The translations under genes were made by a program, and so were the position numbers. The notes beneath the pieces are model-generated. The model ran no database searches and was not told where the DNA came from. It worked only from the letters and a program-made list of their open reading frames with translations. This document shows, piece after piece, positions 8,706 to 17,242 of a DNA stretch of 63,470 nucleotides (positions are counted from its first letter, which is position 1; every line of letters starts with the position of its first letter). Origin of the DNA: Candidatus Caldarchaeum sp. (lineage in GTDB: Archaea; Thermoproteota; Nitrososphaeria_A; Caldarchaeales; Caldarchaeaceae). The stretch lies in the NCBI GenBank assembly GCA_038896555.1, contig JAWACZ010000005.1:1-63470 (forward strand), in the 5' to 3' direction.

Positions 8706-10400
8706 ATGGAGAAGCATCTATCAGGTGGCGGTCTCCTTCTTCTAGCTCTGAAGAAAGCTGGGGTAGACTATTTCTTTATCAACTCTGGAACAGAGTACGC
8801 TGCTCTTCTCATCGACTATCAACAGATGAAGCGGTCTGACAGGCCGGAAATGGTTGTATCGCTTCATGAGTCAACGGCTGTATCCGCGGCCTGCGGATAT
8901 GGGTTGAAGAGCGACAAGCCATGCGCAGTCCTTGTTCACACCGTTCCAGGTGTGACAAACTCTCTTTCAAACTTGCTGAACGCCTTCTCCGCCAGAATTC
9001 CCCTGATTTTGGTCTCGGGTGTTACTCCTTTCTCGAACCAAGGCTACGCAGGCTCCAAAAACATACGTGTCCACTGGGGCCAAGATGTGAGAAACATCCA
9101 AGAGATCGTCCGACAGTTTGTTAAATGGGATTATTTAATCAAGTCTGTTGATGAGATACCATCAGCAGTAGCCAGAGCCTTGGAAATTTCTATAATGTCG
9201 CCAGAGGGCCCTGTTTACATAGGCATATATAGGGAGTGGCTTATGATGAAGGCTGGCGAGCAATTCAAAGCACCTAAGCCAACTCCAGTTTCCAAACCTG
9301 CACCAGACCCCTCCTCAGTGAAACAGGTTGTGGAGAAACTGCTGGAGGCTGAGTATCCTGTTGTTTTGACGCGGTCGGCTGGACGGTGGGTGGAAAATGT
9401 GGAGTTGTTGGTTAGGCTGGCTGAGCTTGTTGGATGCAGAGTCAGCCTGCCAGTAGGCGATTACGTGAACTTTCCAACCACCAATCCATTCTCTGCCCAG
9501 TTCAAGCTTTCTGATGCTGACTTTATCTTAGCTGTTGAGAACGATGTTCCATGGATTCCGTCGGGAGAATCACCTCGAGATGATGCGTACAAAATCTACG
9601 TGAGCACAGACCCTTTGATGACAAATTACGGCGTATGGGGTTTCAGCTTCGACAAAGCCATACAAAGCCACAGCAAGCTCTTCCTCGAAGCGGTTGTTAA
9701 AGAGCTGGAGAAGTCCAAACAATATCTGAAGAAAGATGTTGTAGAGGAGAGGAGGGCGAAAGCTTTTGAGGACTGGACCAGTGAAAAAAAGGCTAGGGAT
9801 AGGGAGGTTGAATCGGATTTCAGGTACGGTATTTTAACGAAGAGGCTTGCGTCACACATTCTCGGACAAGTGGTTTCAAAGAATACAGTCATAGTTAACG
9901 AGTATTCTTTAAGGCCTGAGTACCTTGTTTTTGAGAGCGCCGGGACTTATTTTGGCGAGCCTCCCGCTGGTGCGTTGGGATGGGGTCTTGGGGCTGCGCT
10001 GGGCATTAAGCTGGCTGAGCCGGACAGGGATGTGGTGGTTGTAGTTGGAGACGGTAGCTACGTCTTCAACAACCCAGTTTCAGCACATTGTATGAGCTTG
10101 TGGTACAGCCTGCCGATTCTCGTTGTTATTTTAAACGATGGACGTTGGGGTGATGTTAAACGGAGCATTCTAGACTCAGGATTATACTCATCTTTCGAGG
10201 ATGTTAACAAGCTAGAGGGTGTGGATTTCCCTATGGCGATAGATTTCTACGGCCTTGCCCAAGGCTTAGGCTTAGAGGGATACAATGTTGATGAAGTATC
10301 CATGTTGAAAGGAGTTCTATCAAAAGCCTTTGCCACCGTGAAATCAGGAAAGCCAGCCGTTGTAGACGTCAAAATATCTAGTAGAGCAAGCCTCGTCTAA
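8706..10400 (+). CDS. Thiamine-diphosphate-dependent enzyme (acetolactate synthase/benzoylformate decarboxylase superfamily)
   Basis: 564 aa with the three-domain TPP-enzyme layout. The C-terminal TPP motif is GDGSYVFNNP...ILNDGRWG. Confidence 0.75.
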   Translation: MEKHLSGGGLLLLALKKAGVDYFFINSGTEYAALLIDYQQMKRSDRPEMVVSLHESTAVSAACGYGLKSDKPCAVLVHTVPGVTNSLSNLLNAFSARIPLILVSGVTPFSNQGYAGSKNIRVHWGQDVRNIQEIVRQFVKWDYLIKSVDEIPSAVARALEISIMSPEGPVYIGIYREWLMMKAGEQFKAPKPTPVSKPAPDPSSVKQVVEKLLEAEYPVVLTRSAGRWVENVELLVRLAELVGCRVSLPVGDYVNFPTTNPFSAQFKLSDADFILAVENDVPWIPSGESPRDDAYKIYVSTDPLMTNYGVWGFSFDKAIQSHSKLFLEAVVKELEKSKQYLKKDVVEERRAKAFEDWTSEKKARDREVESDFRYGILTKRLASHILGQVVSKNTVIVNEYSLRPEYLVFESAGTYFGEPPAGALGWGLGAALGIKLAEPDRDVVVVVGDGSYVFNNPVSAHCMSLWYSLPILVVILNDGRWGDVKRSILDSGLYSSFEDVNKLEGVDFPMAIDFYGLAQGLGLEGYNVDEVSMLKGVLSKAFATVKSGKPAVVDVKISSRASLV

Positions 10401-10472
10401 GACCTAGGTAAACAGCGGACAATAATGAAGGAATTACTGCGCACGCAGAGACAACGTTGGCCAGAGAAATAG

Positions 10473-11880
10473 TTAGACGGGGTTGTTCAGCAACATCACG
10501 CAGGTACTCACGTAATCAGTTAACCATTTTTCCGAAGGGGTTGATTCTCCTGCCAAAGCTTTCCAACCATTGACAAATGTCGGGCTTTCAAAAGTTGGGA
10601 TTAAACCATTGTTCGACGGGAAAACTATGAAGAAAAGTAGAGAAAAAGCTACGGCAGCTCCGGCGTACTTATTACACGCTGCAACCCTGGATATCGTGTA
10701 GGCTGCTAAGACATCGGGGGAACCGCTTGAACCAAAAACCTATACTCCGAGTGAACACAAACACGTATGGGATTGTCACGGCAGCACATACAATCGCAGG
10801 TCTGGCTTGAGTTACTCCGTTTTTTACGGTTAACAGGCAGCCTGCGGCGGACAGTAGAACTAGCGGTAGGGTAAGCAGTTCTACCGAGGCAGAAGACCAC
10901 GCCACGATTCTTTGAACAGTGTTTAAACCCTGTTTGGTGATATCGTCCCGCACCATGATTGAGTGAGACACCGGACGTGACAAAACCCCTTTACCCGCTA
11001 TCTGAAACTCATCACCCAGCCTGACGTTGTCGATGAAGAATGGATAAAGCAAAACAACACAGACAACTATGCCGAGGAATATATCGAGACTCCTTTCCTC
11101 GATGCTGGGCTTTACAGACAGTAAATTCTTCTGTTCAAAGACCTTGTAAACGGCCAGGACAGCGAAAAGAAACGACAAAACTAGGAAAGGTACAAAGGTT
11201 CTATCAAGGATGACGGGGGTGATGATGTCGGAGAGTCTTTGCAAAAAGACTTCTTGAGACATGGAAAGCGCTAAGTACGCTGTAGCCGCAAAAACGGTTA
11301 ATACGAGGAGCTTAACCTACTTCGGGGTCCTAGCCACCCAAACCATGGAAAGCATCAAACAAGGTATTAGCAGCATGTTCTGGTCTCTTGCCACTATGGA
11401 CGCGGCGAGAAGACTGCCAGCAACCCACATGTACGGCCCAAACCTCAGGCCCATGCTGAAACAGAGGATGGTTAGAAAGGCGAGGACGGAGCCGAACGCG
11501 TAGTCAAAATGTATGAAGTTGTGAGGACAAAATAATCGAGGAAAACCATTATCAACGAGGTGAGCAGGCAGGCTGAAACGCTTCTGAATATCTTCGTCGT
11601 CAGCAGATAAATGGCTGCGACACCTAAGCTTGTCATCAACGGTGAAACAAGCCTAGCCCATTCCACAGGCGCTCCTGTCAGGTAAACCGCTGTCAAAAGC
11701 CACCAGAAAAGCGGCGGCCTCTCCTCGGCGAAAGGGCCCCACACCTTCGAGGGCTCTATGCGGCCGCTTGAGACGAGGGCGTTATTTATGTAGGCTTTGT
11801 CATCCCAGAAGGGGGCTTCATTAACCAATGCTGGCGGAAGGTATGTGAGGAGGGCGGCGGCGAAAACAAAAAATATTCAT
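10473..11880 (-). pseudogene. GT39/ArnT-like (PMT_2) membrane glycosyltransferase, disrupted by at least three frameshifts and one in-frame stop
   Basis: The ATG at 11880 (MNIF...) is out of frame by one base across an A6/T6 run (11868-11873) from IFFVFAAALLTYLPPALVNEAPFWDDKAY...RPPLFWWLL... (track ORF 11472..11828). Next comes a frameshift into DYAFGSVLAFLTILCF...VARTPK, then an in-frame TAG, then track ORF 10672..11262. A further frameshift leads into KYAGAAVAFSLLFF...LLNNPV, which stops at 10473-10475. Confidence 0.5.
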
Positions 11881-11924
11881 GACGTTCTTTAGATATCTGA
11901 ATTGCTTTTTTCACCATGATTGCT

Positions 11925-12350
11925 TCATGGATATTTACCGCAGTTGTAGCAGTACCAGCGCTGGTATTGTTCAATCCACGTTAATTCCCTGCCGCATGTC
12001 GGGCACGCCGCCTTTTCCTTCCGGCCGAAAGGCAACCTCGAAGTCACTGACGAGAAAATGCCTGGTCGCGGCTGTTGAGCCGTGGGCTGAGCAGCTGGAG
12101 GAACGTAGGTGGTGGCAGCTGGCGCCTCAGGCTGTTTAAGCTCAATCTTCTCTTTTAGAATAATGATATCGCCTGCAGCGGCAACCATGCTCCAGGGAAT
12201 CCTCTCAGGAACGTTATACCTCGACATGACCTGAAGCGATATTTCACCTCCCCCTATTGCGAGCTCGATGTCTGAGACCGTTCCTACGAGCGAGCCGTCT
12301 GGGTTGTAAACCTGCATGCCGATTAACTTGCCGCGGGGTACTGAAGACAA
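11925..12350 (-). CDS. PRC-barrel domain protein with a C-terminal zinc ribbon
   Basis: The N-terminus LIGMQVYNPDGSLVGTVSDIEL...IPWSMV...GDIIIL is PRC-barrel-like. A Pro/Ala-rich linker follows. The C-terminus CPTCGRELTWIEQYQRWYCYNCGKY is a four-Cys ribbon. Confidence 0.65.
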   Translation of the reverse strand: MSSVPRGKLIGMQVYNPDGSLVGTVSDIELAIGGGEISLQVMSRYNVPERIPWSMVAAAGDIIILKEKIELKQPEAPAATTYVPPAAQPTAQQPRPGIFSSVTSRLPFGRKEKAACPTCGRELTWIEQYQRWYCYNCGKYP

Positions 12351-12431
12351 ACCAGTTCACCATACGTTTTTGTCAGTTGGATATATGCGTTTCTCCGATG
12401 CCGTTAACGTTCAGCGGTAACCGCGGATTGT

Positions 12432-14696
12432 CTACCTTTTGGATGTTGCTTCCTTGATGGCTTTGTAGATTTTTTCAGGCTTCAACGGCGTGACCAGATG
12501 GGTTATTCCAAGATGTTTGAGTGCGTCTATAACTGCGTTGGCCACGGCTGGCGTTGCCGCTATGGTTCCCGTTTCACCTATGCCTTTCACACCCAAGGGA
12601 TTGTGTGGCGATGGAGTGACAGTTGCGTCGGTGCGGATTTGCGGTGACTCGCAGGCTGTTGGAACAAGGTATTCGGTTAGGTCGCCTGTGAGAAGGTTTC
12701 CCCGCTCGTCGTAAACAGCTTCCTCGTACAGTGCTTGTGCCAGTCCCTGAATTATTCCGCCGTGGACTTGGCCCTCCACTATCATCGGGTTTATTCGCCT
12801 GCCGCAGTCGTCTACCGCCGTGTAATCCAGTATCTTGACCGCGCCTGTCTCTGGGTCGACTTCAACGGTGCAGACATGTGTTCCAAATGGGAATGTGAAA
12901 TTGGGCGGGTCGTAGAAGACGGTGGCCTCGAGCCCTGGCTCCAATCCCGCTGGCAGTTCGTTGGAGCCTGCTGCGTAGCTGGCGTAAGCCACTTCCCCGA
13001 GAGCCTTGCTCTTCTCAGGCATACCCTTTACGTAGAACCTTCCACCGCTGTACTCTATGTCTTTCTCACCTGCTTCAAGCAGGTGAGCCGCTATCTTGAA
13101 CGCTTTTTCCAAGATTTTACCGCAGGCGATGGCTATGGATGCGCCTGCGACAGGCGTCGTCCTGCTTCCGTATGTTCCCATACCGAAAGGCGTCATGGCC
13201 GTGTCGCCGTGCAGTATTTCGACGTCGTCTATGGGTATCTGCAGCCGGTCGGCCACGATCTGTGCGAAGGTTGTCTCTTCGCCTTGCCCGTGTGGGTGAC
13301 CTCCTATGTAAACCGAAACCTTGCCGGTGGGATGAACTCTGACGACCGTGCTCTCCCACAGTCCAAGCCCGAAGCCCGTCGCTCGAGCTACCGCTGAAGG
13401 GCCCATTCCACAGATCTCGACGTAAGAGGATATGCCTATGCCAACCAGCCTACCCTCACTCCTTTGGTCTTGCTGGCTCTTCCGCTTGTTCCAATAATCG
13501 GCGAGCTCCAGCGCCCGGTCGAAGGCTTTTTCATAGTCGCCGCTGTCGTAAGTAATTCCAATGGGCTTGGCGCTGTACGGGAACTCGTCTCGGCCTATGA
13601 AGTTTAGCCTCCTGATCTCCGCCGGGTCCTTCCCCACCCTCGACGCAACGATGTCCACGACTCTCTCGAGAAGATATGTTGCCTCAGGCCTTCCCGCACC
13701 CCTGTAGGCGTCGACGGGGGCGGTGTTTGTCAACGCACCCACAACCTCCACTTCTATCGCCGGAATCCTGTATGGCCCGCTGAGCATCGGGTCGAAAAGG
13801 ATTGTCGGGATTCCGGGGGAGGCTGTAGAGAGGTAGGCACCCATGTTGGCGTACACCTTAGCCCTAAGCCCTAACAATCTGCCTTGTCTGTCTGCTGCTA
13901 CGTCAACATACTGAATGTGGACGCGGCCGTGTATGGTTGCCTTGAAGTTTTCGCTCCTAGTCTCCCACCATTTAACAGGCCGTTTCAACGTCTTGGCAAG
14001 ATGAAGTAGCACCGCCTCCGGCCCGTAGCAGTGTATCTTGGAGCCGAATCCTCCTCCCACGTCAAGCGATATAACCCTGAGCTTGTGTTCTGGATGACCA
14101 GTCATCGCGGATAGCAAAAGCCGGTGGACGTGAGGGTTCTGCGACGTGATATATACGGTGGCCTCATCTGTGACAGGGTTATAGTCCGCGAGAACCGCTC
14201 TCGTCTCCATGGGGGTTGGCTGGAGTCTGTTGTTTATGATCCGCTGGCTGACCACGATGTCCGCTTTCGAGAAGGCGTTCTCGACCTCGCCTCCCGAAGC
14301 CTTCCACGTGAAGACCTTGTTGTATGGGATGTCGTCGTAGAGCTGGGGAGCGTTCTGTTTCACAGCCTCTTCAGGGTTTACGACGCAGGGTAAAACATCA
14401 TATTCAACGTTGACAAGATGTGCGGCATCTTGCGCTGCCTCATACGACTCGGCGACAACAACTGCGACAGGGTCTCCCACATATCTAACCTTGTCAACAG
14501 CTAGAGACATGTATCTTGAAATATTAAGGTCAGAGCCTGGAATCTGCCAAGCGCACGGGATTGGTGCGACCCTGTCCTTTATGACAGCTCCGCTGACTAC
14601 GTCCAGCACACCCTCGAGCTGGCGGGCCTTCGACACGTCAACAATCTTTATCTTCGCGTGAGCGTAGGGGCTTCGGATAAAATAGGCGTAAACCAT
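12432..14696 (-). CDS. Xanthine dehydrogenase/CoxL-family molybdopterin-binding large subunit (form-II CoxL-like); the N-terminus probably extends to about 14798
   Basis: Contains DVGGGFGSK and the AYRGAGRPEA loop (the form-II signature, not AYxCSFR). The in-frame upstream sequence IAVAKLFGASINRREDPRFLTGRGRFTANLKLPG is the conserved family N-terminus but has no ATG, GTG or TTG codon. Confidence 0.85.
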   Translation of the reverse strand: MVYAYFIRSPYAHAKIKIVDVSKARQLEGVLDVVSGAVIKDRVAPIPCAWQIPGSDLNISRYMSLAVDKVRYVGDPVAVVVAESYEAAQDAAHLVNVEYDVLPCVVNPEEAVKQNAPQLYDDIPYNKVFTWKASGGEVENAFSKADIVVSQRIINNRLQPTPMETRAVLADYNPVTDEATVYITSQNPHVHRLLLSAMTGHPEHKLRVISLDVGGGFGSKIHCYGPEAVLLHLAKTLKRPVKWWETRSENFKATIHGRVHIQYVDVAADRQGRLLGLRAKVYANMGAYLSTASPGIPTILFDPMLSGPYRIPAIEVEVVGALTNTAPVDAYRGAGRPEATYLLERVVDIVASRVGKDPAEIRRLNFIGRDEFPYSAKPIGITYDSGDYEKAFDRALELADYWNKRKSQQDQRSEGRLVGIGISSYVEICGMGPSAVARATGFGLGLWESTVVRVHPTGKVSVYIGGHPHGQGEETTFAQIVADRLQIPIDDVEILHGDTAMTPFGMGTYGSRTTPVAGASIAIACGKILEKAFKIAAHLLEAGEKDIEYSGGRFYVKGMPEKSKALGEVAYASYAAGSNELPAGLEPGLEATVFYDPPNFTFPFGTHVCTVEVDPETGAVKILDYTAVDDCGRRINPMIVEGQVHGGIIQGLAQALYEEAVYDERGNLLTGDLTEYLVPTACESPQIRTDATVTPSPHNPLGVKGIGETGTIAATPAVANAVIDALKHLGITHLVTPLKPEKIYKAIKEATSKR

Positions 14697-14819
14697 GCCT
14701 GGAAGTTTCAGATTTGCCGTAAACCTTCCCCTGCCAGTTAAAAACCGCGGGTCCTCTCTGCGATTTATACTGGCTCCGAATAACTTGGCTACGGCTATTG
14801 CTGAAGGAGTTTATCAAAA

Positions 14820-14828
14820 TTATATAAA
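14820..14828 (-). promoter_or_regulatory. TATA box upstream of the CoxL-like gene
   Basis: TTTATATAA on the minus strand is centred about 26 nt upstream of the in-frame ATA codon at 14798-14796. Confidence 0.4.
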
Positions 14829-14852
14829 CTTTAAAGACTTAAAACCGAAACC

Positions 14853-15530
14853 TCACAACAGAAGGGAAACCCCGTAAACGGTTGCGAAAGATGTCAGGGG
14901 CACGGTGATGTTGTCGTCAACTTTCCCGAACTCAAACTTTTCCACTACAGATGCAACAGCCCCTGAAACAGCTCCCGCAACATCAAGCATCGCAAAGCCC
15001 GTCGGCACACAGAATAAAGCCATGGCCAAGTTTCCCCACCATGACTTCGTTCTCCTACGATATAGTGCGTTCCTCACCAGACCTGTTACGCCGTCTCCAA
15101 CGCTCATGAAGAGAATCGGAAGGATGGCCAATTTCAGGTTTCCGAGAACAAACCCCAGCGCCATGATAAGCCCCCACATGAATATGAAATGAACCTCGAA
15201 CATGTTCTCCTCGACTTGGTACCAGTAATAGAGTTTACCACGTTTGTGGGGTATGTAGTTGCCCACAGCTAGGACCGAGACCATGACAGCTATAAGCAGG
15301 AGGTTGTTGAGCAGATATGGTATTAAAACCGCCACAAGACCTCCAGCCAGTATATGTATGAGTTTTCTGTTGTAGTAAACAGCTACATGGTGTTCCACAC
15401 CTCTAGCCACCATTTTTTCGTAAATTTTCCTAGCCAGATAAAGGCTCACAAACAAAACCCATGCAAACAACCCAATCGTTGCCACCACCTCGTTGACCGT
15501 AAGCACAGGCTCCAACATTAATGAGGCCAT
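14853..15530 (-). CDS. Polytopic membrane protein of the CTP-dependent polyprenol/dolichol kinase (cytidylyltransferase) family
   Basis: 225 aa with multiple TM helices. The motif GDGVTGLVRN...RRRTKSWWGNLAMAL and a C-terminal DDNITVPL resemble the dolichol/phytol kinase family. Confidence 0.5.
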   Translation of the reverse strand: MASLMLEPVLTVNEVVATIGLFAWVLFVSLYLARKIYEKMVARGVEHHVAVYYNRKLIHILAGGLVAVLIPYLLNNLLLIAVMVSVLAVGNYIPHKRGKLYYWYQVEENMFEVHFIFMWGLIMALGFVLGNLKLAILPILFMSVGDGVTGLVRNALYRRRTKSWWGNLAMALFCVPTGFAMLDVAGAVSGAVASVVEKFEFGKVDDNITVPLTSFATVYGVSLLL

Positions 15531-15597
15531 CTATTTCTCAGATTTAAGAATTTTAAACCACATAAACAAATATTCGACGAATCTCCGTCTAAAAATC

Positions 15598-15891
15598 ATG
15601 GAGATAAGGAGGGCGCAAAAATATCTCGACGAGGTTTACGGTGACAGGGATAGAATGCGAGGCATAGACAAAACCCTTGCATGGCTTTTTTCCGAGGTTG
15701 GAGAGTTGTCGGAGGCGGTTGTGCAGAAACTCGGCCGTGACAGGATGCGGGAGGAAGCGGCCGACGTTCTAGCTTGGCTACTCAGCCTCTGCAACGTGGC
15801 AGCCATAGATTTGGAGGAGGCTTTTCTACGTAAATATGGGGCTGGATGTCCACGCTGCGGCTCAAAGCCATGCGTTTGCCCGTTGGCTTAA
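15598..15891 (+). CDS. MazG-like nucleotide pyrophosphohydrolase with a C-terminal Cys cluster
   Basis: The likely start is the ATG at 15598. The sequence MEIRRAQKYLDEVYG...LAWLFSEVGELSEAV...EEAADVLAWLLSLCN carries the EExxE/D-type MazG motifs. The C-terminus is CPRCGSKPCVC. The track ORF starts earlier, at 15493. Confidence 0.6.
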   Translation: MEIRRAQKYLDEVYGDRDRMRGIDKTLAWLFSEVGELSEAVVQKLGRDRMREEAADVLAWLLSLCNVAAIDLEEAFLRKYGAGCPRCGSKPCVCPLA

Positions 15892-16121
15892 CCCTTCCTC
15901 TGCCGTATCTCGTCCTCGATTTCCTCGAGGGTCTTGCCTGTCACGTCTATTCCAAGCTGACGAGCTCTCTCCAAAACCTCCTCCCGCTTGGAGGCTTTCT
16001 CGAACTCTCTTTTCGCCTCGCCCAAAGACCGCGCCAGCTTCGGAAGCTTGCTCGGAAGAATGTATATGGCTATCAAGATGATGGCCGCGATGATTGCTAC
16101 CTCGGTCAACGAGAGAGCCAT
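15888..16121 (-). CDS. tatA: Sec-independent (Tat) translocase protein TatA/E
   Basis: 77 aa. An N-terminal TM helix is followed by PSKLPKLARSLGEAKREFEKA (amphipathic helix), matching the TatA pattern. Confidence 0.7.
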   Translation of the reverse strand: MALSLTEVAIIAAIILIAIYILPSKLPKLARSLGEAKREFEKASKREEVLERARQLGIDVTGKTLEEIEDEIRQRKG

Positions 16122-16176
16122 GGCGAAATAACTGCAGAGTAAGACTTAAACGTTTAGCTGAACATCTCTTCCAGCA

Positions 16177-16250
16177 GGGCCGGTGGTCTAGCCTGGTAGG
16201 ACGCCGCTCTCACACAGCGGAGGTCGAGAGTTCGAATCTCTCCCGGCCCA
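16177..16250 (+). tRNA. tRNA-Val (CAC)
   Basis: Acceptor GGGCCGG pairs with CCGGCCC. Anticodon arm is CCGCT-CUCACAC-AGCGG. T arm is GAGAG-TTCGAAT-CTCTC. Length 74 nt. Confidence 0.9.
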
Positions 16251-16272
16251 CGATTTGCAGGTAAATGTTTAA

Positions 16273-16377
16273 CGGGCCCGGTGGGACTTGAACCCACGAC
16301 CTACGGCTTAGGAGGCCGCCGAACCAGGAAATACACTTATGGTGTATTTCTCTCTATCCATGCTGAGCCACGGGCCC
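16273..16377 (-). tRNA. tRNA-Arg (CCU) with a non-canonical intron of about 30 nt in the D-arm
   Basis: The reverse complement reads GGGCCCG-TG-GCTC-AGCATGGATA-GAG[AGAAATACACCATAAGTGTATTTCCTGGTT]C-G-GCGGC-CTCCTAA-GCCGT-AGGTC-GTGGG-TTCAAGT-CCCAC-CGGGCCC-G. A 75-nt cloverleaf forms only after removing about 16322-16351. The intron contains a perfect 9-bp hairpin. Confidence 0.8.
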
Positions 16378-16433
16378 ACAGATTCATGACAGCCTGACTA
16401 CATAAACTTAAAGGCACCCGCCGCCCTATAGGA

Positions 16434-16960
16434 CTCTGTTAACTTAAGGCCTTTGGCCTAGGGATGCGGTTGTTTTCTCATGTTGTTGAGGATGAGGACC
16501 CCTTTTCCAGCAGTCCTCTACGGGCTTTACCTCGTAGCCCTAGGCTTGAGCTTTAGATGCGTTTCTAGGGCTGTTAAGCCTTTCGTCGGCAGGAGTCATG
16601 TGGCTAAGTGGGTTCAGAGGCTCCCAGGGTTCAGGAGGGTGTTCAGGGCCAGTGCAGGGTATCCCTATCCCTTGCGGATGAGGCTGCTGCCATGGAAGGC
16701 TTCTTGGCATGGGTCTGGGTTGCCTACGAGCCTTACAGCAAAAGAACCCTAGCATTCTGACTTTCATGGAATAGGAACGGCGTACAGATGCTCAAGTACA
16801 GGACGGAAAGCTTCGACGATTACTTCCCATGCAGGAAGAAAGCACGCATTCTAGAGCATGTCTGGAGATGGCTAAACCCCATACACATCCCCACCCAGCC
16901 AGAGACGCCACATCTGACGAACAGCATAAAACAGGTGATGAAGATGGCTTAAGTTAACAG
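16434..16960 (+). mobile_element. MITE-like deletion derivative of an IS element (near-perfect terminal inverted repeats, only scraps of transposase)
   Basis: The left end CTCTGTTAACTTAAG (16434-16448) is the exact inverted repeat of 16946-16960. Inside are an HTH-like N-terminal scrap (ORF 16480..16752, LYGLYLVALGLSFRCVSRAVKPFVGRSHVAKWVQRL) and a C-terminal scrap (..YRTESFDDYFPCRKK..). Confidence 0.55.
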
Positions 16961-16966
16961 AGCCGA

Positions 16967-16986
16967 TGTTAAGTATTTAAATACTT
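16967..16986. promoter_or_regulatory. Perfect 20-bp palindrome over a TATA-like core, upstream of the wHTH gene (candidate operator/promoter)
   Basis: TTAAGTATTTAAATACTTAA is self-complementary and centred on TTTAAA. The centre lies about 41 nt upstream of the ATG at 17018. A GGAG Shine-Dalgarno-like element lies 8-10 nt before the ATG. Confidence 0.55.
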
Positions 16987-17017
16987 AAAGCCCCTTATTA
17001 TCAAAGGAGTAACACTT

Positions 17018-17242
17018 ATGACTTCGCAAGCCATTCACACAAAGGACCAATCTAAAAAAGTCAAGACACTGTTATCAAAGACTCCCGAACTTAGCGTCAA
17101 AGAGCTAGCAAGGGCTTCTCAGGTAAACAGACAGTTTATGGCTGGATTTTTAACGGCTCTGGAAGAAAGAGGCGATGTATATTCAAGAAAAGTTGGGCCG
17201 GCTAGGATTTATTTTAATAGCGAGGTGAAAAGTGGTGAGTGA
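17018..17242 (+). CDS. Small winged-helix DNA-binding protein (candidate controller of the downstream methyltransferase/nuclease genes)
   Basis: 74 aa. LSVKELARASQVNRQFMAGFLTALEERGDVYSRKVGPARIYF fits an HTH-plus-wing pattern. Its 3' end overlaps the methyltransferase start by 11 nt. Confidence 0.5.
   Translation: MTSQAIHTKDQSKKVKTLLSKTPELSVKELARASQVNRQFMAGFLTALEERGDVYSRKVGPARIYFNSEVKSGE

Noticed and set aside
11925-12350. The PRC-barrel protein as the cell-division protein CdvA
   Set aside because: CdvA has a PRC barrel followed by a long coiled coil and an ESCRT-III-binding tail. This protein instead has a Pro/Ala linker and a Cys4 zinc ribbon, and no cdvB or cdvC gene is nearby.
12432-14696. 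The CoxL-like proteins (also 50326..52578) as genuine aerobic CO dehydrogenase
   Set aside because: The active-site loop is AYRGAGR or PYRGAGR rather than AYxCSFR, and no coxS, coxM or accessory genes are present.
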